Positions 1-13,147 of a stretch of DNA of 64,000 nucleotides are shown here, in pieces. Position numbers and translations under genes: made by a program. The stretch's first letter is position 1, and every line of letters starts with the position of its first letter. Source of the stretch: Podarcis gaigeae (Eukaryota); assembly GCA_964106915.2 (NCBI GenBank), contig OZ066918.1, one strand, 5' to 3'. The notes beneath the pieces are model-generated. The model was not told where the DNA came from. It saw only the letters and a list, made by a program, of their open reading frames with translations, and made no database searches.

Positions 1-212
1 TCTGTTCTGTGCAGTCTGATTCTTCAGGTTTCGGTTCTGCAGACCCTTGCCCACCAATACCAGATAGAGTGGTTTCCAATTTCTGGTTCAATATCAGGAA
101 GCTGGTGCAAGTCCCCCACTGGCAGTAATGCAGTCTCAGACGTTTTGCACTCGGTAGTGCAGTCTCTCCTCTTAACCATGAGCCGCAGCCAAGAGTAATC
201 CTTGGGAGTCAA

Positions 213-264
213 CATGTAGGCAATGCTGGGCTAGATGGACAAATAGTCTGACCTGGTATAAGGC
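213..264 (+). mobile_element. 3' fragment of squamate tRNA-derived SINE
   Basis: CAATGCTGGGCTAGATGGACAAATAGTCTGACCTGGTATAAGGC matches the 3' end of the SINE copies at 5230, 13377 and 51530. Confidence 0.6.
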
Positions 265-1343
265 TCATTATCTCATTACCTAGGCTCATTATCACCTTAA
301 AGGCTAAGGAATGAGGAGGAAAACCAGGTCATGTTGCATTGCATGCTGCTAAGAATTCTGTGACACAGGTGCACAACTTCCTTAAGCTTACACAGCAGTG
401 TCAAATTTAGGAATCTGAGCGAGAGATTCCAGTTCTCCCTTCTCCCATTGGAAATCAATTTTGCAACTATAAAAATATGTGTATGTTGCATGTCTGCAAC
501 TTTGACTTGCATGATGCTGCAATTTGTTTAAACTGTGAAACTGTATGTATGAAAACATCGCTACAGTTATTTTCTATATTCAGTTCCACTAGAAGAGTAA
601 TAAGCAAACTCCCCCTACAGGATTTATCTGTCAATTGCAATATAAATATATTCTTGCAGGCTCTGATTTGTTCTGCTAAATATTTGGTAATCTATAAAGA
701 CTGCTCAGAATAAACTCAGTTGCTTCACAAAGACAGAAGTATCTTCATCAGAGTATTGTACATTTCATTTCCTTTGCAAGATGAATAATGCAGTAAGAAC
801 ACCCACTCCCTTTTCCCTGGTCCCTCAGGCCAAAATAGACAAGTTCAACTACAAATGCTAAAGGGGAATTTTTTTGCAAACTGCTATCAATTATCCCACT
901 TTTTATTAGCAAGGTTCCACTGGGCAAAAAAATAAATAAAAATGTTTTGATTAGGGATTTGGTGTTTTGTTTGTTTTGGTGTTTTTTTTATCTGAAAGGA
1001 AAAAAAGGTTTCAGAGAAGAAAGAAATGAGATCAGATTAAAGCAAAATCATTTTCTTGTATTTAAAAAGCTTGATACTGTTTTATACAGCAAATGCCTTT
1101 TGTCTTAAGCCATTCACCAGGAACTAACACTGCAGGTTTAATGCCAACAAATTCAACCGCTGCAAATGCAAATGTAACAGCCCATTTTTCTCGCACCAAA
1201 ACATGCGATAATAATACTTTTTTTCAGTGCTCCATAGTTTTTGTATTGCTGCTCTGAAGTAGCTTGGGCATATTGGCCTGAGGTTCTGAAGCACCTCAGG
1301 CAGTATTGTCTGAGGTAACCTGATGTAAATAATGATCAGGAGC

Positions 1344-1365
1344 AAAAAAAAAAAAAAAAAAAAAA
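1344..1365 (+). repeat. poly(A) tract
   Basis: ~22 consecutive A. Confidence 0.9.
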
Positions 1366-1453
1366 ATACAGCCTAAAAGAATCATAGCCCAGTAGTAGAA
1401 TATGCTTTCCACAATGCTGATTGGGTCAGATCTGCTCAACCTGTAGCCTACTA

Positions 1454-2022
1454 TGTCAAACAAAGTCCAACAATCATTCTGAAAGTGGTTGGGGTAGATG
1501 CCCCTGAGACTGGTTTGGTTAGATTCTTTGTTATACCAGCAAGGCATGTCTGGCAAAGCAATTGCAATAGGAGCTGGTCTGAGGCAAAGTATTCTCAGTT
1601 AGCAAGGCAGCCAAGAGTTCAGGCACAGGGAACTAATCAGAAGAAGCTGTTGCTGCAGAAGCAGCAGAAAAGCAGCAGTTTAGTGTTTTTAAAGCTTTTC
1701 CTCCTGCTCCACTCCTTCCTGGAGCCCTGGGCATGCTTCAGTCCTTGCCCCATCCTCATGCGTAAGACTCAGAAATGGCAGGTTTTAATTGGGTCTTCTG
1801 TTCTGAGCCTCAGCTCAGCCGAGTCACCATCTCTGCTCCTTAGGTGTTCAGGGTAACTGTGGCCAGAAGAACAAGCTGTAGGTGTGAAGTCAGGGATCAT
1901 AGAGTCCCTTGATTCTGTGGCTTCCTGGGGTAGGTGGATCACTTGGGGCTAGTGGCTTCAGGGGTTATTGCATTCCCATGGTCCTTTTCCATGGCAAATG
2001 GTGGGATCTTTCTCCTTTGACA
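1454..2022 (-). mobile_element. solo LTR (Gypsy-like, old)
   Basis: Termini TGTCAAA...TTTGACA (7-bp perfect inverted ends); flanking 5-mers TACTA (1449-1453) and TGCTA (2023-2027) differ by one transition; strand tentative. Confidence 0.6.
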
Positions 2023-5000
2023 TGCTAGGATGGTTCTGAATTGAGTGTGTGCTAGTTCTAATGCATGGTCAGTAACTCTTCTGGATTTGTTCTCTGCCTG
2101 AGACTAGTTCTGTGCCAAAATATTTCTCAAAAATTTCCTTCTGCTGCAAAAGAAGCTTCCATTTTTTCCTGCCTTATTCTTTTTGCACTTGAGAATTTCT
2201 TTAGAACTTTGGTGGGTGCAGGATTTTGAGCTTACTGTATAATTCCAAGTCAGCTAAGCTTTTATTTCTCTAGCACTCTGCAGCCCCCCTGGCTGGCTGC
2301 ACTTCCTGATATGAAGAGTCCCATGGGAAGATTTACTTCTTGACATCTTTCCCTGGGCACCTGAGGAGGTTGCAGTGTATAGATTTGTAGTATAAACGGA
2401 AGGACACTCACCCCTGCCACCATCTCAAAAGTAGGACAACAGGTTAGGGCAACAGGAACACTGCACACCACCCATGAGAATTCCACGAACATTTCCTTTT
2501 TCCTTTCATAATTTTTGGATGCAGTTTCCTTTTTCATTAATCATTGGAGAATGATAAAGCTTGACAATCTTTTCTCAACTAAAGAAAGCAGTGCTCAACC
2601 AGGCCCCTGTGAATGTGACCTCTGTCTGGAAGAATACCCCAAGATCAGCACATATCCATTTGCAGGTGTTACGCCCTGACCATGTGTAGGAGAGTGTTGA
2701 CAAAATACATCGTTTGAAGCAAAAAGGGAGGCATGAAATTCTGAAGAGCAGTATCATTCATCTGATACCACAGAATCACCCATTCCTCCTCCTATCTCCT
2801 TGTCACTCTGAACTCCTAGAATGGCCATATAGGAGTCCTAGTGCTATACCCCCGCAGAGTATGCGGTAATGTGTGTGTGTGTGTTGTACATTAAGGTGTG
2901 TGTATATGAGAGCTCTCATCTGCATTCAACAAACACAATGTATTGCTTTTTCTCCTCACATAAGACTCTCCCTAAATTAATTCACGTTTTGTATAGATTG
3001 ACTATATGCCCAACATCTCTAGAACATCAGGCAAAGGCTTTATACAGTTCTGAGCCTGATAAATTTGTTTTAGCCTGCCCTGGGATGGGAGAGTTGTAAC
3101 AAATGTGTTGCAGACAGTTTGGCCTCAGTGCTGTGCAGACAGCTCTTTAGCATATGCTGCTGATGCCAGACAAGTTTTGCTTTGCCTATTGATAGGCTGC
3201 AACTCAGCCTAGGCCAAGATTTATAAAAGGTCTTCACCTCGTAAAATATTGCGGGCAGATTGAATTGAGTACTTTTTGTTTACTTCTGACCTTTGTTTGA
3301 AAAGCATTGGCCTACCAACTAGAGGTTCAGAGAAGAAGTGTATTAAGAGGGTTGTAGAGTGATATTTTCTGGGCTGCCTTTTGTGGCTATTGCCTGGTTA
3401 TCATCATATTCATTGAAAATGTTGTGAAAAAAGACAGGGGAATTGATTGAATTAAACAGAAACAAGCAACACTAACCATTATGTTATATTGAATTTTACA
3501 CTGGGACTCAATATGCATTTGCTCAATAAATTGTTGCAATTATAGCATATAAAAAGTATTATTTGCATATTTGGAACTATATCTGGCCTTGGCTCTAGGA
3601 GGTTATTTACACAATCAGTGTTCTGTTACCACATGGTCTGCTTATTTTACTTGGTCTCACAGTGAATCCACATGGAAATGAATTGTGCCAAGGATCCAAC
3701 ACATATGAGTATTTCATGTCCCTTTAAATTAATCCAGCCTCAGGATAATCATGCATGTTGACCTCATCCTAAAGCAGCTTGGATCTGTCACATAACTCAG
3801 GACTACATGGGTTAGTTCCCATTCTTCACTGGAGCAAGGGAACTTTTAGATTCAGTGCAATGTATGTCAGTCATAAGATGACTGAAGGAAAACTCCCACT
3901 AATTTTGGATAAAGTGTTTCTGTGAACCCGTACATACAATCCTACAAGTAGAACATATTGTTCTAATGTATGGTGAGAAGAAATGTGCCCTACCTATGAG
4001 TGTGAGAATCAAAGCATCAGTATAGTCATTTCTTTCAATAGTTTCTTTTTCACAATATCTTTAATTTCTTATGCATGAGGTCAATGCTGAAATGCTCAGA
4101 TTACAACAGAAGCCACAATCTTTGAAATACAAACTGGTATCATGCACATTAATCACAATGGCTGGGGTTGACTCACACATACGTTCAATATAAGTAGTTT
4201 TGCTGATTCCTCAGTTGACTTTCATTCTCTCCTCTCCTGCTTTTAAACAGCTGTGAGGTTATGCATCCTGCAGATGGATGAGCCACAATGCTCATACAAA
4301 CTTGTATTTCTCTTTTGTCAGCTTAAATTTTTTGGCCCACCGGCCAACAACTGCAGTTGGGGAGAATATCTCAGCTGGAGGGAAAACAGATTAATGTCTC
4401 CTCATTCTGAAAAAATGTGGCTTCCCTTGGTCCCTGATCAAACTTATCCCGAAAAGTGTTATTTATTGAGGAAAATAGATAACCGCATAAAGGTTTCATA
4501 ATTGCCTTTTGAAGAACTAAGATATTTGTTGCACTGTGATGCTTTTCAGTAAAGTACCTGCTGCACATTACTCAGTTGTTTAACTGGATCAAAACAAGGA
4601 ACTTCCTTAATAGCAGAAGATGTGGCATCACTGAAATATTCAGTCACTGACGTGCATGGAACTGAGAGCTTGCATTTATTACACAGTAATAATAATACAT
4701 GGGACAACAGTCTCATTTATGCATGCAGGGCTTTGGTAGGGTGTTTCCAAACATATTATTATTATCATGCTTATAATGATGTTTGGGAGGGGCTGAGTTA
4801 TAGGAACATAGGAAGGTACTGTTGGAGATAAGCAGTGTCCAGTGCACAGCGGAATGATGAAAAGTACGTGCCAACATGCTCTATATTACTTTATTTACAC
4901 TTCAAAGCTGGTAATTTACAGAAAAACATTTTCCCTCTGCCGGAGCAGAGAAAGGCATCCTCTCTCCTCTAAAGCACGGAGAGAATCACACACTGAACTG

Positions 5001-5229
5001 CAAAGAACAGTGAAAAACAGGAAACCAGTGTACGTCACATCCAGTCTCCTTTCCCGTGAGAAAACCCAACAGCACTTGACTGTGGAATGTAAACATTGTC
5101 TTGTGACAAGCACTTCGCTGCTCAGTGAAGGAAGCAGAAACCAACATCCTCCCCCTTTCTGTGAACATCACTGGGCAGCGTGTTCGTACAATATCAGTAC
5201 AAACCCAACTTCTGCACATAGGTACAGTA

Positions 5230-5391
5230 TATACTGAGTCATACCATTGCTTCATCTAGTTCAGGAATGGTTATATTGACTGGCAGAGGGTCTCCAGCTT
5301 TTCAGTCAGGGGTCTCTCCCAGCCCTTCTTGGAGATGCCAGGAACTTCCTGCATGCAAAGCAGATGCTGTACTACTGAGCTACAACCTTTC
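5230..5391 (-). mobile_element. squamate tRNA-derived SINE
   Basis: Reverse complement begins with a tRNA-like head (GTAGCTCAGTAGTACAGCATCTGCTTTGCATGCAGGAAG) and ends CTAGATGAAGCAATGGTATGACTCAGTATA. Confidence 0.75.
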
Positions 5392-5991
5392 ATAGATGAC
5401 TCACTCATATACTGTATGTAATGCAAAATACATTTTCATCTTCTCATCCACAGCCATCTATGAACATGATAGCATGATAGTCTTTAGTTTTTTTTTACAC
5501 CCATTGCATCTAATGTTCATTTTCATTTACATGAAATGGAAGTTATTGCGGTGGTGGTAGTTTTGCAGAGACATGGTATTAGGAATATGGTTTCAGAATG
5601 CAACATAGTTTATGAATGGGGGATTTAAAGCATGGCAGTCTCAGCTGCAAGGAGATTACTAGGATTTACGTTTTCTGTGTACACATTTTCTGTGCCGTCT
5701 TCTGAATGCAGTGTCATCAGGAAGCCCATTCAGATTTGTTCAAAGAGTCTTGGTTAGGCATACACAGTTCACAAAAATATTCTCTACTCCAGGCCTGTGA
5801 AAACAGCTAAGCAGGAAAAAGAAAACATAACTCATTCTCTTTCAAATCACATATGCACACAGAAGCACAAATTGGGATGATATGCCAAAATTCAGAAGGC
5901 ACCTTCTTTTTTAGTTCCTTTCAGCTGCTTTGAATTTTCAACTTTTATTGCTCAGGATAGTCCATTTTGTTGGTATTCATTGCATACACAC

Positions 5992-6036
5992 AGAGAGAGA
6001 GAGAGACAGACACACACACACACACACACACACACA
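5992..6036 (+). repeat. (GA)n/(CA)n compound microsatellite
   Basis: agagagagagagagacagacacacacac... Confidence 0.9.
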
Positions 6037-6739
6037 AATGTCATGATAGGATATTGGAGACAAAAATGCTCAAGATGCAGACACTGTCGTTGAAAGGAAT
6101 GCACAAGTATCTTTACAGGAAACTATTACTATAAAGACTTGCCTTTCTTTACCCTATGATTTCCTCTGGAAGGAACATGCCATAATTGCATTTTTCTAGG
6201 ATAGGGCTGTTGACCCCAGAAAAAATGTTACCCACAGACTAATTGTCTTAGAAACAGGCATGCTTAAGTGAAGATTCTGAATTAGGATATGCAGCCATGA
6301 CTTCTACCAGTGTCTGTGACTGAGCTAATGTTGAAATGTAGTCTTTTCAGAAGCTAGTCTTGCATTGCTAAAGAAAGTAGTCTGTTTTTGCATTTGACTT
6401 TTTCAGAACTCTGCAAGATACTGAATATACAATGGAAAGTTGCAAGATTGGGAACAGCTTGGATAGCAGCAGGTTGAGCACAGCAGCACACATGTAGCAG
6501 AACAACTTTACATGTGCTATTATGGTTGATGTTTTTATTAGATCTGTTTCCATTGACCAGCAGTGTGCCAGCCACTAGGGGAAGGCGAGGGGGGGGGGGA
6601 ATCCCAAGGCGAAGCCTATTGGGTACACTTAGATCATGAAGCAAAGGAGATGAGTATGTGACATGAAGCATTTTACAAGGTGCTTAACAAGAACATGATT
6701 GGGGGGGAAATTGAAATCCATGAAATCAATGCCATAAAC

Positions 6740-7030
6740 TTATATTGTTTATTCTTGGCAGTTAGTGAAGCGCAACAAGATCAATGTTAGAACAACATTA
6801 TTCACTTTAAATATCAATGGCTTGAAAGAAGGAAAATGAATGGATGGATACTATGAGTCCCGTACCAATGATACTAAATGGGGAAGGGGGGGAGGTGGAG
6901 ATGGAGTCAATACAAAAAGCAAAGAATAATACATTTTAAAATTACTTGGTTTGGCATACAGGTAAGTAGATTAGTGATGAGTACAGTTCAATATGACGAA
7001 GAGGAACGTAATGAGATTGGGGTAGGAGAG
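6740..7030 (+). mobile_element. decayed L1/Tx1-like LINE fragment (ORF2 endonuclease start)
   Basis: 6786-6836 translates VRTTLFTLNINGLKEGK*, matching the TLN(I/V)NGL motif at the N-terminus of L1 APE endonucleases; A-rich flanks; boundaries approximate. Confidence 0.45.
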
Positions 7031-9459
7031 TAACTTGGGAAAGAGATGGGCTGACATTTCATTACACATACACAATTCAAGTCACTTATTGGAGCTGTGA
7101 ATAGTCAAATGGGAGAACTAAGTGCTTACCTGTAAATCATCTTGCTTCTGTTTCTGAGTCCACAACTGGAAAAAAAATCCTATTTCAGCTGAGGGGCAGC
7201 CCCGTTCCAAACTTCCTTGACTGAGGAAGTAGCATTTTCCTCTGACACCTGGCTAAGTTGATTACTTTCAAAGGAGGGAATCCTGCTTACAAAAAAGTAC
7301 TGATTGGTATTATGACGACACTGCAAAGCCAATATCAAGTCTCATGAAAAATCTGTCTTTTGACACACGGTGTAGATTCAGGTACCCAGTTTGACATCTT
7401 GGCCAGGATAGTGAAATTACTGCAGGACTTCACTCTTTGATGGAATGACTCATCATAGGAACATCTAGACACTTGACATTACCTGGCTCCCCCCATATGC
7501 TATGTGCTTTCCAAACTGTAATTGGGATGAACATACCAAACAATTTACTAATTTGTTAAAGTGATCTAATGCCCTATCAAAAGCGATGGGGGGGAAGGAC
7601 TCTATTGGGGATGGGTGACTTCTTCTCAACTCACATAAGATTGTCTTCTAAGATAAGCTTTGAAAATAACACCCATTGGCCATAGCTCAACTTATTTTCT
7701 AAACTAACCTGACTTTGAAAGCTGCCCACTGGGCCTTTCTCTCTTTCACTACTGGCTTCATCCACAGCATTGTGCAGATGGGCTGGCCTCGCACCAACAT
7801 TTGTGTGGTCATTCTAGTAGTATGGAACCTGTATGCATGAGCAGCTGAAAAGCAAGGGCTTCTTTTCAGATGTGCATCCTCATTGCACAATGCCAGAGGC
7901 AGGGCCAGCAGTGCAGACTCCCAGTTCATTGTATAGACCCCTCTCTCTCAGGTAATGCAAGAAGGGGGCTTAGACAAAGTGAATTTGATGCTATATTCCC
8001 CCACTTTGGACCCTTCCACTGAGTCTATCGTTCTATTGTTACTAGCTGCTCTTCTCCCTTTCCAGCTCTGACTTACATTAGGGAATGTCATAGGATTCCA
8101 GGCAGCATGGAGTGCATGATGACAGACAATTAATTGATTGACATGATTTGTGATGTCACCCAAGTCAGTATTGCTGCTCACACCTTTAGAGCTGCATGTA
8201 TCAAGTTGCCCGTCTAGCACATTACTGAGTGAACATTTTTATATTAGCCATGTTTATTTGACCTTTGTTTTCTCCCACTGGTCTGTTTACAATTCCACCA
8301 AGCAGCACACTAGGAAGCACTCAATTTTGTTAGCATTTCAAAGTCTTCTTGATTTCAAACTACTTCATTTGTTCTTGCTTAAGATTCTTTTGGAGCAACA
8401 AATGAAAGAATGATTCATATTTGTCTTTGACACATATGGACTAAATGTAGCATAAACGGCATTCTTTCATTTGGTACTTGTTACTTAAATGAATATTTGT
8501 GGTGGTTACACAGCAAGGCTTCAGAATAATGTAAGCGTTAGTAATTGATTTTCTTTTTAATTAATGAAATTATATGATGTATTATGGCTGTGCTGCATGT
8601 AATACAAGATCTCACAATACAGTAGATTTACTTTAATAATATTTTTTTATTGTATTAAGTCCCTGGAATATCATTTTTCAGCGATGAACAGCAGCTGTAG
8701 GTTTTAAAATGTGGATTTTTCATTTCTCTAAAATATCGGTAAGGTTTTTAGAGCTGAATATTAAGTGTCAATGCGATATACTGTGGGCAAAAGATTGGTG
8801 CTGTGAGAGGTTTGAGGTACAAGGAGGTTACATTATATAAAGTGATTTTCCTTTGTGAAACAAGCAGAAGAGGCCTAGGGATAATCTTTAGCTTCCTTGG
8901 ACATACTTTAAATTTCTGCCAGCTGCCAGTATGGTGAATGAAGCATGGTTACAGTGCCAGGAGTTGGCACCAGTTGACAATAACCAAATTCCTTCAGAAG
9001 GCCTCACCCCATCTTCCCTTCCATCTCCTTACACTGACCCAGGTTGCACCACCAGCAACAAAAACCATTCTAACCTACAAATGTTGTGGCTTGGGGCTGC
9101 CATTTTAATTCACCTGAGGGTAGCAAGTTAGTTTAAAAGGATGTGTTTGTATGACAGGCCTGTGGCACGTATAGCTTTGTTCTCCAATGGCTAGATATGT
9201 GGGGACTCTTGAGGATGGTTGGGGGGGTCTGTTGCCCTTCAGCATCTGCCCCTGAGGTGATTTTCTCACTCTGCCTAATGGTAAGGCCAATCTTGCCTGG
9301 CGTGACACAACAGGAGTATGTAACATGGCAGCTATATAGAACAGGTCTTCTTGTGTCACTAACACTTCATCCTCTAAAATCTCAAGTACTGGATTCCTCA
9401 AGCAAGCCTAGTTCCTGCACATGCATTTTAAATTTGCTACCTTGACATAATCAGGACTA

Positions 9460-10115
9460 AAATTTGTCATTAGAAAATGAGCAGATGAGCAGTGTAGATG
9501 ATTTACAAGATGCTCTTAGATCATATAACAAAGGAAGATGGGATGTTAGGATTAGAATAAGAGCTCTGATTCAAATGGCAATTTCATCCTTCTTGTGGGT
9601 AAATGAAGAAACCTGAATAAAGTTTCCCAGTTTGTCAGATGACGTCTTGGAGGCACAGGTGCTTTCCAGTGGTAAGAATTACAACACAGAAAATAGAATA
9701 GTTAGATTCAATAGTGATTAGGGACAAACAGTGGTTAGTTTGCCTCCTAGGAGATAATGATCGTATACTGTAAAATGAAAGGAAAGCTAATGAGCGTATG
9801 CAATAGTATTTGCTGGACGATCACTAGAAGCTATAATATTGGAATAAGAATGTGGAATTAATTGCATTGAGGGAATTGAATCATGATTTATTTACAGGCA
9901 AAACCTATCATTTGCTAAAACACCATGGATTAGCTTCATGAAGGAAATGGACTACTATAACTAGACCAAAATTAAAACCATTTATGAGAGAGCATTAAAA
10001 TATAAATATTATAATAGGAAATGGTGTTGAAAATGAGTTACAATTTATATGAAAATATAAATTTAGTTTGTTGTACAAGATTGTTCTTAAGGTGTAGCAT
10101 GTAAAATAAAAAAGT
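9460..10115 (+). mobile_element. decayed L1-like LINE 3' end
   Basis: A/G-rich degraded coding-like stretch ending in an AT-rich UTR with AATAAAAAA at ~10105; boundaries approximate. Confidence 0.35.
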
Positions 10116-11555
10116 TATATTGTTTTCAGGATCAAAATATAGTGGGATCTATAGTGAAAATGTATGTTCACTTACTTCATTCCCACAGAGAAAGGACAAG
10201 GTTATTATTACATTAAATAATAAAGTTATGAAGCCTTCTGTAAAGCTAAACTGATTTATGCAGCTGCCCTTAATATGTACTGATTTTGTAGGAAGTCCTT
10301 AAATTGATACTGATTTCAGTCAGGCTTCCATTCCTAGAGTTACACTCCGTTCCCCAGGTGCACTGCAGAGGATGTCTAAACACCCTCATCGACCTCAGGA
10401 GGATTTGCTGTGTCCTAGGCAAGAGCAGGAAGTGAGGGTTTGAATAGAGGTTTAGTGGTGGGTTTGTCTGGGGTGAAAGTGATTGTCTCTCAAAGCTTAT
10501 TTTTAAAGGCAAACTACATTATCAGCAACCTGGTACAATGCATATCTTGCTGGGCAGTACCACTTTGGATGGGGAACGATATGTTTGAATGCCTCCCTAG
10601 TATGTATAAAACCGGAATGCTTGAGTGACATGCTAGCTTCATTACCTGCAGGGTTTGTGTGCGTTTATGGAGGATTGTTGAAAGACTTCACACCCCACTT
10701 GCAGTTGGAATGGTACGGCCCAGCGATAGCTGCAGCATGTGAGGCTTGCTCATTGTGTGTTTCAGTTCTAAGAAGCAATGACAAACAAGAATAAGCAAGG
10801 AAGAAGATTGTTTGGTTCAAATTTCCATACCAGCCTACCTCATTCATACTTCCCAAAACAGTATGTGAACCACAACACAGCTGGCCTCCATACTTCTTCC
10901 AGCTTTGCAGTGTAGTTCTGCCTACCCACCCACATTCTGCTGATTAATTCAGGACATGTATCTTTTGCTGCCAGCCCCAGCCCCCTGTCTCTGTTACTGT
11001 GGCAGCTCCTTTAGTGAGTGCCAGACCAGTACCTCCAGCTCCTTCTTTTCCTCTTCCCCATTGCCATCCTCGTCTTTGTTGTCTTCTTCTCTTCCTCTGG
11101 TGGGATGGTATCAGGCAGAAGAGACATGGCCTCTGGGGCCAGTGGTGGCAGCCTTGCCTGCACCACCAGAAACTCCCTCTGCTCCACCTCCATGGGCTCC
11201 GACTTAGGTGCCTGCTTTCACATGTAAGATGTGCATCTTTTGGTGCCGAGGTCTCGCGGGAGTCAGCTGACTCGTGGAAGAACTCAGCACTGAAAATGGA
11301 ACATCTAATCAGAAGCTAGGATGGCTTCTTTTTATTCTAGGATGTCCCGGTCAAAGTGGGATTGCTCACAGGTGTGGTTCCACAATGTGGAGAAAAGTGC
11401 ATATTAGAAAAAAGTGTGCATTCATTTGCTGTATTTATATTTTTACGTTATTGTTTTTTTGGGGGGGAGTATTGGAAATGATTATAAACACTTATATTAG
11501 TAAAAAAAAAATATTAGGGGAAATTGTTTGCCAAAAATGCTTATATTGGGACATA

Positions 11556-11920
11556 GGTAAAGGTAAAGGGACCCCTGACCATTAGGTCCAGTCGTGACCA
11601 ACTCTGGGGTTGCAGCGCTCGTCTTGCTCTATAGGCCGAGGGAGCCGGCGTTTGTCCACAGACAGCTTCCGGGTCATGTGGCCAGCATGACTAAGCCGCT
11701 TCTGGCGAACCAGAGCAGCGCACGGAAACACCGTTTACCTTCCCGCTGTAGCAGTACCTATTTATCTACTTGCACTTTTATGTGCTTTTGAACTGCTAGG
11801 TTGGCAGGAGCAGGGACCGAGCAACGGGAGCTCACTTCGTTGCAGGGATTTGAACCGCTGACCTTCTGATCAGCAAGTCCTAGGCTCTGTGGTTTAACCC
11901 ACAATGCCACCCGCGTCCCC
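11556..11920 (-). mobile_element. Sauria SINE, full length
   Basis: Minus-strand head GGGGACGCGGGTGGCATTGTGGGTTAAACC, B-box GGTTCAAATCC, (ACCTTT)n tail; perfect 14-bp TSD TATATTGGGACATA at 11542-11555 and 11921-11934. Confidence 0.95.
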
Positions 11921-13147
11921 TATATTGGGACATAACTGCATGCAAAAATGTGTATATTCGGTGAAGAGCGTGCGAACTGATCTGGAAGTACAGGCAGCTG
12001 AACTGAAAAAAATGAAAAACAAAGAGAAACGAAGAGGTGTGTGTGTCTGTCTGTTCCAAGTAACTTTCTCCACCTGTAAAGGCTTTCCACCTTTCAACGA
12101 TTGCTGTTTCAGAAAGCCCAGGTCCAAATATCTGTTCTGTGGCAAAGTTCATGAAGCCTTGAGCCTACCCTGCCTTACAGGATACTCAGCTGAGCTCCTA
12201 AATGGAAAGAGGGAGGGAAACACAAATGCAACACATACTTGGTAGACAGCATGAATCATTTGCACTCCATTGGTTGGCTCCATGGAAGCCTAGTAATTTT
12301 GTTCCACTTTGAACATTGAAACAATTTATGTAGTCACTAGAGTAGTTATCATTTTTCTTGGAAAGCAATATGTTATACATTTGGTTCAATATATCTAAAA
12401 GTAAGATTCCTTTTTAGCAGAGTTAATGTTTTATTTTTCCCAGTTTACCTTAATAGAAAACTACAGGCAGGAGATGATTTGGGGGAGTGGGATAATACCA
12501 AAGCTACTCCTTGAACTGGGATCTCCTGACCCTCTCAGAGGACTTACACGAAAAAGAATATAAATCATGGAGGAAGTACCGAGAGCTTTAAAGAATTATT
12601 TCTGAAATGTGAGATGCAATTTAAAATGACTTTTCATCCGTCAAGGTCTACTTTAAAACTCCACCTGACCAGTTAAAAGTCATGTAGAGAAAAATGACTG
12701 GAACATGTGTTCTGTGTATTTGTGCAGAGTTTGTCGGAGCCCTGCCATATTAGTAAATTTCGTGCCAGCTGTATGGTATTTCATAATTCATGCTCATCTC
12801 GAGAAAGAAAGTCAAATAAAATTAGCTAATTTCAGATTTGCTATAAAAAGAAACACATTTCTGCTATACAAGCATCTTCGAAGATTATTTATATTGAAAG
12901 GCATCCTGAGGCCAAACTGTTAAGTGGGGATAATGGATATAAACCACCTAAGGCATGTAGGTGACTCATTAATGAATTACTTGTAAAACAAAGTCAGATG
13001 TTCCACTCAGGTAGAAACTACGTCTGAGTTATGTGCTATTAAGAGTTGAAGAAAAACTGAGGAAGGGTCATGGCATGTATTCTCAAAACTGCAGGCTAAA
13101 GTATTACATTAACATGTGCCTGGTTTTCGGGTTGTTCAGCTGTCCTT

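Noticed and set aside
4221-4501. Strong splice acceptor at 4250 with an 82-aa ORF
   Set aside because: No good downstream donor and no recognisable protein
10956-11319. Overlapping ORFs in an acidic/serine-rich low-complexity stretch
   Set aside because: Purine/pyrimidine skew suppresses stop codons; no homology recognised; no convincing splice sites
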